In this document: positions 1 through 9,204 of the stretch, one piece after another | Position numbering within the stretch: position 1 is the stretch's first letter | Layout of the letters: the number at the start of each line of letters is the position of its first letter | Notes under the pieces: generated by a model | The model's input: the letters and a program-made list of their open reading frames with translations, nothing else | Database searches by the model: none | What the model was told of the DNA's origin: nothing | Translations under genes and position numbers: made by a program | NCBI GenBank assembly: GCA_977017575.1 | Contig: CDRNVI010000004.1 | Coordinates: 372,001 to 436,000 of the forward strand | Length of the DNA: 64,000 nucleotides | Source of the DNA: Paramoeba atlantica | Lineage: Eukaryota > Protista > Discosea | Direction of reading: 5' to 3'

Positions 1-3000
1 AAGATGGTCTTAACAAAAAGATGGTCTTAACAAAAAGATGGTCTTAACAAAAAGATGGTCTTAACAAAAAGATGGTCTTAACAAAAAGATGGTCTTAACA
101 AAAAGATGGTCTTAACAAAAAGATGGTCTTAACAAAAAGATGGTCTTAACAAAAAGATGGTCTTAACAAAAAGATGGTCTTAACAAAAAGATGGTCTTAA
201 CAAAAAGATGGTCTTAACAAAAAGATGGTCTTAACAAAAAGATGGTCTTAACAAAAAGATGGTCTTAACAAAAAGATGGTCTTAACAAAAAGATGGTCTT
301 AACAAAAAGATGGTCTTAACAAAAAGATGGTCTTAACAAAAAGATGGTCTTAACAAAAAGATGGTCTTAACAAAAAGATGGTCTTAACAAAAAGATGGTC
401 TTAACAAAAAGATGGTCTTAACAAAAAGATGGTCTTAACAAAAAGATGGTCTTAACAAAAAGATGGTCTTAACAAAAAGATGGTCTTAACAAAAAGATGG
501 TCTTAACAAAAAGATGGTCTTAACAAAAAGATGGTCTTAACAAAAAGATGGTCTTAACAAAAAGATGGTCTTAACAAAAAGATGGTCTTAACAAAAAGAT
601 GGTCTTAACAAAAAGATGGTCTTAACAAAAAGATGGTCTTAACAAAAAGATGGTCTTAACAAAAAGATGGTCTTAACAAAAAGATGGTCTTAACAAAAAG
701 ATGGTCTTAACAAAAAGATGGTCTTAACAAAAAGATGGTCTTAACAAAAAGATGGTCTTAACAAAAAGATGGTCTTAACAAAAAGATGGTCTTAACAAAA
801 AGATGGTCTTAACAAAAAGATGGTCTTAACAAAAAGATGGTCTTAACAAAAAGATGGTCTTAACAAAAAGATGGTCTTAACAAAAAGATGGTCTTAACAA
901 AAAGATGGTCTTAACAAAAAGATGGTCTTAACAAAAAGATGGTCTTAACAAAAAGATGGTCTTAACAAAAAGATGGTCTTAACAAAAAGATGGTCTTAAC
1001 AAAAAGATGGTCTTAACAAAAAGATGGTCTTAACAAAAAGATGGTCTTAACAAAAAGATGGTCTTAACAAAAAGATGGTCTTAACAAAAAGATGGTCTTA
1101 ACAAAAAGATGGTCTTAACAAAAAGATGGTCTTAACAAAAAGATGGTCTTAACAAAAAGATGGTCTTAACAAAAAGATGGTCTTAACAAAAAGATGGTCT
1201 TAACAAAAAGATGGTCTTAACAAAAAGATGGTCTTAACAAAAAGATGGTCTTAACAAAAAGATGGTCTTAACAAAAAGATGGTCTTAACAAAAAGATGGT
1301 CTTAACAAAAAGATGGTCTTAACAAAAAGATGGTCTTAACAAAAAGATGGTCTTAACAAAAAGATGGTCTTAACAAAAAGATGGTCTTAACAAAAAGATG
1401 GTCTTAACAAAAAGATGGTCTTAACAAAAAGATGGTCTTAACAAAAAGATGGTCTTAACAAAAAGATGGTCTTAACAAAAAGATGGTCTTAACAAAAAGA
1501 TGGTCTTAACAAAAAGATGGTCTTAACAAAAAGATGGTCTTAACAAAAAGATGGTCTTAACAAAAAGATGGTCTTAACAAAAAGATGGTCTTAACAAAAA
1601 GATGGTCTTAACAAAAAGATGGTCTTAACAAAAAGATGGTCTTAACAAAAAGATGGTCTTAACAAAAAGATGGTCTTAACAAAAAGATGGTCTTAACAAA
1701 AAGATGGTCTTAACAAAAAGATGGTCTTAACAAAAAGATGGTCTTAACAAAAAGATGGTCTTAACAAAAAGATGGTCTTAACAAAAAGATGGTCTTAACA
1801 AAAAGATGGTCTTAACAAAAAGATGGTCTTAACAAAAAGATGGTCTTAACAAAAAGATGGTCTTAACAAAAAGATGGTCTTAACAAAAAGATGGTCTTAA
1901 CAAAAAGATGGTCTTAACAAAAAGATGGTCTTAACAAAAAGATGGTCTTAACAAAAAGATGGTCTTAACAAAAAGATGGTCTTAACAAAAAGATGGTCTT
2001 AACAAAAAGATGGTCTTAACAAAAAGATGGTCTTAACAAAAAGATGGTCTTAACAAAAAGATGGTCTTAACAAAAAGATGGTCTTAACAAAAAGATGGTC
2101 TTAACAAAAAGATGGTCTTAACAAAAAGATGGTCTTAACAAAAAGATGGTCTTAACAAAAAGATGGTCTTAACAAAAAGATGGTCTTAACAAAAAGATGG
2201 TCTTAACAAAAAGATGGTCTTAACAAAAAGATGGTCTTAACAAAAAGATGGTCTTAACAAAAAGATGGTCTTAACAAAAAGATGGTCTTAACAAAAAGAT
2301 GGTCTTAACAAAAAGATGGTCTTAACAAAAAGATGGTCTTAACAAAAAGATGGTCTTAACAAAAAGATGGTCTTAACAAAAAGATGGTCTTAACAAAAAG
2401 ATGGTCTTAACAAAAAGATGGTCTTAACAAAAAGATGGTCTTAACAAAAAGATGGTCTTAACAAAAAGATGGTCTTAACAAAAAGATGGTCTTAACAAAA
2501 AGATGGTCTTAACAAAAAGATGGTCTTAACAAAAAGATGGTCTTAACAAAAAGATGGTCTTAACAAAAAGATGGTCTTAACAAAAAGATGGTCTTAACAA
2601 AAAGATGGTCTTAACAAAAAGATGGTCTTAACAAAAAGATGGTCTTAACAAAAAGATGGTCTTAACAAAAAGATGGTCTTAACAAAAAGATGGTCTTAAC
2701 AAAAAGATGGTCTTAACAAAAAGATGGTCTTAACAAAAAGATGGTCTTAACAAAAAGATGGTCTTAACAAAAAGATGGTCTTAACAAAAAGATGGTCTTA
2801 ACAAAAAGATGGTCTTAACAAAAAGATGGTCTTAACAAAAAGATGGTCTTAACAAAAAGATGGTCTTAACAAAAAGATGGTCTTAACAAAAAGATGGTCT
2901 TAACAAAAAGATGGTCTTAACAAAAAGATGGTCTTAACAAAAAGATGGTCTTAACAAAAAGATGGTCTTAACAAAAAGATGGTCTTAACAAAAAGATGGT

Positions 3001-4194
3001 CTTAACAAAAAGATGGTCTTAACAAAAAGATGGTCTTAACAAAAAGATGGTCTTAACAAAAAGATGGTCTTAACAAAAAGATGGTCTTAACAAAAAGATG
3101 GTCTTAACAAAAAGATGGTCTTAACAAAAAGATGGTCTTAACAAAAAGATGGTCTTAACAAAAAGATGGTCTTAACAAAAAGATGGTCTTAACAAAAAGA
3201 TGGTCTTAACAAAAAGATGGTCTTAACAAAAAGATGGTCTTAACAAAAAGATGGTCTTAACAAAAAGATGGTCTTAACAAAAAGATGGTCTTAACAAAAA
3301 GATGGTCTTAACAAAAAGATGGTCTTAACAAAAAGATGGTCTTAACAAAAAGATGGTCTTAACAAAAAGATGGTCTTAACAAAAAGATGGTCTTAACAAA
3401 AAGATGGTCTTAACAAAAAGATGGTCTTAACAAAAAGATGGTCTTAACAAAAAGATGGTCTTAACAAAAAGATGGTCTTAACAAAAAGATGGTCTTAACA
3501 AAAAGATGGTCTTAACAAAAAGATGGTCTTAACAAAAAGATGGTCTTAACAAAAAGATGGTCTTAACAAAAAGATGGTCTTAACAAAAAGATGGTCTTAA
3601 CAAAAAGATGGTCTTAACAAAAAGATGGTCTTAACAAAAAGATGGTCTTAACAAAAAGATGGTCTTAACAAAAAGATGGTCTTAACAAAAAGATGGTCTT
3701 AACAAAAAGATGGTCTTAACAAAAAGATGGTCTTAACAAAAGATGGTCTTAACAAAAAGATGGTCTTAACAAAAAGATGGTCTTAACAAAAAGATGGTCT
3801 TAACAAAAAGATGGTCTTAACAAAAAGATGGTCTTAACAAAAAGATGGTCTTAACAAAAAGATGGTCTTAACAAAAAGATGGTCTTAACAAAAAGATGGT
3901 CTTAACAAAAAGATGGTCTTAACAAAAAGATGGTCTTAACAAAAAGATGGTCTTAACAAAAAGATGGTCTTAACAAAAAGATGGTCTTAACAAAAAGATG
4001 GTCTTAACAAAAAGATGGTCTTAACAAAAAGATGGTCTTAACAAAAAGATGGTCTTAACAAAAAGATGGTCTTAACAAAAAGATGGTCTTAACAAAAAGA
4101 TGGTCTTAACAAAAAGATGGTCTTAACAAAAGATGGTCTTAACAAAAAGATGGTCTTAACAAAAGATGGTCTTAACAAAAAGATGGTCTTAACA
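1..4194. repeat. 17-bp tandem array (AAAAAGATGGTCTTAAC)n, about 247 units; runs off the window start
   Basis: Direct reading. The only variants seen are three single-A deletions near 3738, 4128 and 4161. Confidence 0.99.
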
Positions 4195-4858
4195 GAATTG
4201 CTCATCAGAATATAATTTTAATAAACAAATAATTAATTTGTAATCACTAAATATAATTTATCAAATACGAGGCACCCAAATACCTGTGTTTTGAACGTTA
4301 CTATAAATAAAATTATTTGATGAATATAGTACTAAAGGACGTCCTTATAAAAACAATCTTCACCTCTCTCTCTCTTGCGAATGGGTAGTTCCCCGGCGGG
4401 GAGTGGTTCGGGGGATGGCGGGTGGGGCAACTTTCCTTTTGCGAAAATAGAGAAAAGCTACTAGTGTAATAATAAAGTATAGTACTGTATAATTGATAAT
4501 CTACAAATATACATGGTTCCCCCCAGAGGGGGCAATGTCACACTGAAATCAGATCATAATATTAAATATCATGTGCCCCGTAGGGCCACGGTCAGATCTC
4601 ATACAGAATCAAAAGTATCTTCTTTGATCAATTCTTTCCGTAAACTATAAGAATTGCTCATCAGAATATAATTTTAATAAACAAATAATTAATTTGTAAT
4701 CACTAAATATAATTTATCAAATACGAGGCACCCAAATACCTGTGTTTTGAACGTTACTATAAATAAAATTATTTGATGAATATAGTACTAAAGGACGTCC
4801 TTATAAAAACAATCTTCACCTCTCTCTCTCTTGCGAATGGGTAGTTCCCCGGCGGGGA
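4195..4858 (-). repeat. B2-spacer-A2-B1 terminal repeat block of YR-1
   Basis: 208-bp B duplicated at 4195-4402 and 4651-4858; 224-bp A at 4427-4650 matches 8981-9204. Confidence 0.97.
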
Positions 4859-5049
4859 CCACCCACTCGCCAGTTCTCACAATCACCCACACGCTAGTAA
4901 TGTGGCGAAACCCCCAGGTCGCCTACTACCTGAGAGCCCCCCTCATCACCTCGTACTCTCACTCACACATTGCCCAATCCTCACATCAACATACATCCCA
5001 TACATATCAAAATCGCTCGAATATCCGTTCTTCCTGGTTATTGATTGTA

Positions 5050-7872
5050 TCAATGCTTTTTCTCTTCACACATTCTGCTATATGGATCTGCAGGATTTTC
5101 TTTTGATGCAATATATTCTGCCTGTACTGCAATTCCTTGACGATTCAAATATTTCAACAAACCATACAACTCCGAAGTAATGCCATCAGATCCTGACACT
5201 TTCCTATTGATCGCTGCTAAACAGGATGTATTGTCAACAAATAAATCTACGCATGTATCTCGCTGAAAGTGATGCCCGTACTTCTCAAACGCCAAACGTA
5301 CTGCCCGAGCTTCGGCTCGATTCACTTCGTACTTGAAACCCTCCGGCCAGGAGGCTCCGGTACATAAAACTTTCCCATAGTCGAGGTAAAGCACCGCCCC
5401 CCACCCGGTGGACGACGCATCGGTAAATAGAACGTGCTGATGTGGTACTGTATCAGGGTGTCGGACCGGGTCCACTGGAGAACAATAGATCAAGGAATCG
5501 CGCCACTCGGTCAACTTCACTCGCACTCGTAATGGTAAAGGTACGACAGTATCCAATAGGCAAGGATCGCGATTTAAATGATTGATTCGTCGTCGGACAA
5601 TTTTCAAGAATAGATGATATTGGGGAATCGGTATGCCCATGATTGCCGAAGCAAAAATGAGCCTCCCAACACCGGCCTCCAGCCCAGAGTATGTGGTATG
5701 CATGTAGTTATCATTCTGAAGTCTTCGCGTTATCTTGGGTCCCAATGCAACTTTCCCTGATCGGTGGTGATAATTGACTCCATTGAATGTGTAGTTCTGC
5801 AAAGGTGGCACCCCAAGCTCCTTAAAACGGGCGTTAACTTGCTGCGCCCGTCGATCTATAAACGCGGCATATTCCTGTGTATTTTTGTCACTAGAAGCGT
5901 AACGAATGCCGTCGATATACACATCCAGACCATTGTGGGCAAACGCCGATTTCTTATTACAGTAAGCTGGATCTCCCGCTATTGTCGCGGTTAACGAGTG
6001 CATCAACTCAGGGGCACACCGGTGTCCCATCGGCATCACATTCATTTCATATACTTGCCCACTGCGGTCCAAAAATCTGAACTTCGCCCTACTTTCGGAT
6101 GGAATCGCGACCTGAAAAAAACCGCATGCCAGATCACGCTTTACCGCCGAGTCCTGTCGGGCTCGATGGAGATAATAGGCTGCATGTTTTACCGGTACTT
6201 GTGGCTCATAAACCTCCTTAATCCGCGCGTTGTCATCCCGGGTCCATGCTATAAACCGCCGGCGTTCTGTCTCGTCGTCAGCAGGCTCGACAACCGTGAA
6301 TGGTATCACCCATTCCATCGTTGGGCGACGCTGTGCTTCCTCTGTGTTGACGTGTGACACAAATCCTGCGTCCACCAGCTGGGTTATATCCTTGTCGTGC
6401 AATAATGATTTACACGCCGGTGTTTTACTCGGAGTGTTTGGTAACCGAGTTAAAATTTTCCATGTCTCCTGGAAGCGCTCACGTGCTTTTTGGTTCATTA
6501 ACAGTTTAAGTCGCTCGACCTCCATCTGTGGAATATTTAGCTTCACATGCAAGGGCAACTTCCAATCCCCCTCCTGTGCCACCTTAGAGGTCCTCCTCGA
6601 TCTCGTTATTGTGTGCTTTACCTTCTCGTGTGGTATATCTTCCAAAAACTTGCTAAAAATAACCTCGGGGCTCACAGTATCTGTAGTTTTGACGTGGCCT
6701 TCTGGGTACCAAGCGCCAAGGCGGTAGTGACTGGGTCCGCATTGTACCGCAGGAGGGACTCCAGGGATTGGTGCTTTGCGAGATGTTGCACCTCGTCGAG
6801 TCGGATTGTCCCGTTGGCTACCTCTGTGAAAAGGTGTGTGATTGCGCCCCTCTTCGCCGAATGCGTGCCGTACCCCGCCCCTAACCGCTCTCGAATGCGG
6901 GCGTCGACCTCCGTCACCGTTGATCTGGACATTGGCTGGTGCTGTCCCAACTGACTGATGTACGCGTGAAGGGTAGCGGTTCCGGGGCCCTCGATCACCG
7001 TGTACATGGAGGGTCGGTATGGGTTGAACCTGGAAGTCTTTGTTTTTCGCCCCCACCAAATCACTATTCTTAACGGCGTTAATTCGCGAAATTGTTCCTT
7101 CGTCAAACTTGCAGTCTCTGTCCACCGGCTGGCTGCTTTCCAACAAAGCATCAAGGTATGTCTTTCGCTGCATGGGAGATGGTGCCATAACTGGTTCAGT
7201 AACGTGGGTGTCAAAGGAGCCATCTGGCGTACTGGCTCCGTGGCCCCTTCTGCCATCAGTGATTTTACATAAAATTTTAGAGGATTCGTTTCCAGGCCTG
7301 CGAGGCTTAATATAGAAGCGAGGCTGCGTGCGTACGTGAGCTTGCCCTGTACTCTGATGTTCATCGTCGCCACAAAAGTTACTGCATGTATCGCGGTAAT
7401 TTCGATTGCCTTCCAATTGCAAAAGGCGGTTAGTCTTTCCCACAACCTCGCCCTGCTTTTCCAGGTTGCGTTGCTCCACATCTCGGACATCCCATCTAGT
7501 GCTACACGGACCTCTTCCGTCACGTGAGTAATTCCCATTAATAACTTCATCAACTTCATCCTTACTGGCGTAGTATCCACACTTAACATTCCTCCGTACA
7601 AACTCCCAGATCTTATCAATCTCCCTTTCAAGTCGCCTGCACTTGGTACATTCACCGTCTGCTTTTCCGTTTGTAACCTTCTCTCCCTCCTCCTTTTCTT
7701 TGCAACTTGCATATTCGACACACTTTTCCCCTTGAATATAATAACACTGGCCGTTAGGGTGGGGCTTTTTCATAAGCTCTTGCTGCTCCCGGCAGGGCCA
7801 GCCACCCGCGAACGAAAATCCCGCTTTGGACAGTTTTTCCATACATGATCGGGTGAACGGCACCCAAAACAC
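5050..7872 (-). CDS. YR-1 reverse transcriptase/RNase H; frame open from 8004, true start uncertain, probably reached by frameshift
   Basis: KRDLACGFFQ, MPMGHRCAPE and VYIDG RT motifs; DIRS-type RNase H motifs FTDASSTGWG, AEARAV, VDNTS and NPADPYSR. Confidence 0.92.
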   Translation of the reverse strand: MFWVPFTRSCMEKLSKAGFSFAGGWPCREQQELMKKPHPNGQCYYIQGEKCVEYASCKEKEEGEKVTNGKADGECTKCRRLEREIDKIWEFVRRNVKCGYYASKDEVDEVINGNYSRDGRGPCSTRWDVRDVEQRNLEKQGEVVGKTNRLLQLEGNRNYRDTCSNFCGDDEHQSTGQAHVRTQPRFYIKPRRPGNESSKILCKITDGRRGHGASTPDGSFDTHVTEPVMAPSPMQRKTYLDALLESSQPVDRDCKFDEGTISRINAVKNSDLVGAKNKDFQVQPIPTLHVHGDRGPRNRYPSRVHQSVGTAPANVQINGDGGRRPHSRAVRGGVRHAFGEEGRNHTPFHRGSQRDNPTRRGATSRKAPIPGVPPAVQCGPSHYRLGAWYPEGHVKTTDTVSPEVIFSKFLEDIPHEKVKHTITRSRRTSKVAQEGDWKLPLHVKLNIPQMEVERLKLLMNQKARERFQETWKILTRLPNTPSKTPACKSLLHDKDITQLVDAGFVSHVNTEEAQRRPTMEWVIPFTVVEPADDETERRRFIAWTRDDNARIKEVYEPQVPVKHAAYYLHRARQDSAVKRDLACGFFQVAIPSESRAKFRFLDRSGQVYEMNVMPMGHRCAPELMHSLTATIAGDPAYCNKKSAFAHNGLDVYIDGIRYASSDKNTQEYAAFIDRRAQQVNARFKELGVPPLQNYTFNGVNYHHRSGKVALGPKITRRLQNDNYMHTTYSGLEAGVGRLIFASAIMGIPIPQYHLFLKIVRRRINHLNRDPCLLDTVVPLPLRVRVKLTEWRDSLIYCSPVDPVRHPDTVPHQHVLFTDASSTGWGAVLYLDYGKVLCTGASWPEGFKYEVNRAEARAVRLAFEKYGHHFQRDTCVDLFVDNTSCLAAINRKVSGSDGITSELYGLLKYLNRQGIAVQAEYIASKENPADPYSRMCEEKKH
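6672..7721 (-). CDS. YR-1 tyrosine recombinase (first ATG at 7712; in frame with gag behind a single TGA)
   Basis: Catalytic pattern WKAASRW, TKT, HSAKRGA, HLAKH and LLRY. Confidence 0.93.
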   Translation of the reverse strand: MSNMQVAKKRRRERRLQTEKQTVNVPSAGDLKGRLIRSGSLYGGMLSVDTTPVRMKLMKLLMGITHVTEEVRVALDGMSEMWSNATWKSRARLWERLTAFCNWKAIEITAIHAVTFVATMNIRVQGKLTYARSLASILSLAGLETNPLKFYVKSLMAEGATEPVRQMAPLTPTLLNQLWHHLPCSERHTLMLCWKAASRWTETASLTKEQFRELTPLRIVIWWGRKTKTSRFNPYRPSMYTVIEGPGTATLHAYISQLGQHQPMSRSTVTEVDARIRERLGAGYGTHSAKRGAITHLFTEVANGTIRLDEVQHLAKHQSLESLLRYNADPVTTALALGTQKATSKLQIL

Positions 7873-8984
7873 AGCATTCCCGGTCTTCGGTATGGCGCAG
7901 GCGCGCGAGCTGGTGTGACGTGCGGAGTAAAATAACGCTGCGATCCTTGAGGTACATACGTGGCGTATGCTCGAGATAAACGTTTTTCTCTTTCGGCCAG
8001 CTGATCACTCACGTGGTGGTAAAATTTATCGTTGGGACGCACGTCTTTTTGCATTTTCTCATGTACTAGCTCCACGTCCACGCGACGCGCACGCCAGTAC
8101 GCGTCACGTAGCGATTGGATAATTGCTCGGCCCATCTCAAGAAAAGTACTCTGGTTCCACCCGGGCGTTTGTCGAGCCAGAATAATCCACTTGCAGAAAA
8201 TTCCATTAAAATTACGCTCTTGCTGTTTTACGAAAGTACGATCTTGGAAGTACTGGTTAACTCGTAATCCAAACTCAGGTGCATCACGCAGTTCACGTAT
8301 TAAATCCCTCGTTCGAAACCCACCCTCATCGAGAGACATAATCCACGGCTCAAATGTAATGGGCTCATAGGGATCCAGGGCGTTCGGGTCGAGAACCAAC
8401 GGGGATGCATCTGTCGAAAATATCACTTCCGCAGGTTCCTCATTAACACGAGTTTCATCGAGCGCGTTCATTTGCCGTACAGGTCGGCGCCCTTGTGTCG
8501 GTAACATCGCAGAGGGTACAGTTGGTTGAGTTCCTGGCGTGGTCGAAGGTTGTGTCGGATCTCCTGCTGTCTGTGGCCCCCCCTGGGCTGTCCCTCCCCT
8601 CGTCTCGGTCTGTGGAACCTCCCCTGGAAAATGGTGGATTTTTACCTGATAATAATTCAGTTCCGCATGAGGAAAAGGATACTCTTTCGTGGGTTCATCT
8701 TCCCACACGGCCCATAACTCCAAACCTTCCTGACGAACTTTTCCGTACACTGCTTTTATTGATTCATTGGGCTCGTCCTTGCGGCGAAAAAAAGCTTGCA
8801 CTGACACCGCCGGCTTGTCGGCCGGTGCCAAAAGAAGTCTCTCCCGGATCACTGCACATACATTGGTCAGATCGTGCGTCGTAAGCGGCTCGGTAGGCGC
8901 GAGCGGCTCCGTCACAGGAGAGGAACGTCGGGAGCTCCGTAAGCTCCGCGTCGAAGGATTCATAGTTGCGAGTTCTGATCGCAA
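7770..8984 (-). CDS. YR-1 Gag-like protein (TTG at 8984 or ATG at 8963)
   Basis: C-terminal CCHC knuckle CFGCRSPDHVWKNC; homologous to the other two gag ORFs in the window (RELIRELRDAP, YW motifs). Confidence 0.9.
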   Translation of the reverse strand: MRSELATMNPSTRSLRSSRRSSPVTEPLAPTEPLTTHDLTNVCAVIRERLLLAPADKPAVSVQAFFRRKDEPNESIKAVYGKVRQEGLELWAVWEDEPTKEYPFPHAELNYYQVKIHHFPGEVPQTETRGGTAQGGPQTAGDPTQPSTTPGTQPTVPSAMLPTQGRRPVRQMNALDETRVNEEPAEVIFSTDASPLVLDPNALDPYEPITFEPWIMSLDEGGFRTRDLIRELRDAPEFGLRVNQYFQDRTFVKQQERNFNGIFCKWIILARQTPGWNQSTFLEMGRAIIQSLRDAYWRARRVDVELVHEKMQKDVRPNDKFYHHVSDQLAEREKRLSRAYATYVPQGSQRYFTPHVTPARAPAPYRRPGMLCFGCRSPDHVWKNCPKRDFRSRVAGPAGSSKSL

Positions 8985-9204
8985 CTTTCCTTTTGCGAAA
9001 ATAGAGAAAAGCTACTAGTGTAATAATAAAGTATAGTACTGTATAATTGATAATCTACAAATATACATGGTTCCCCCCAGAGGGGGCAATTTCACACTGA
9101 AATCAGATCATAATATTAAATATCATGTGCCCCGTAGGGCCACGGTCAGATCTCATACAGAATCAAAAGTATCTTCTTTGATCAATTCTTTCCGTAAACT
9201 ATAA

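Larger units (their letters stand above)
4195..9204 (-). mobile_element. Full-length intact tyrosine-recombinase retrotransposon (VIPER/Ngaro-like, family YR-1) with A1-ORFs-B1-A2-B2 split direct repeats
   Basis: A repeats at 8981-9204 and 4427-4650 (one mismatch seen); B repeats at 4651-4858 and 4195-4402; 24-bp spacer at 4403-4426. Three intact ORFs in gag, YR, RT/RH order. The satellite resumes in register on both sides. Confidence 0.96.

Noticed and set aside
4375-4470. HDV-like ribozyme words (GCGAATGGG, GGGCAAC; also GCGAATGG at 21030)
   Set aside because: The words are in the wrong order or lack P1/P3/L3 partners, and I could not build the nested double pseudoknot.
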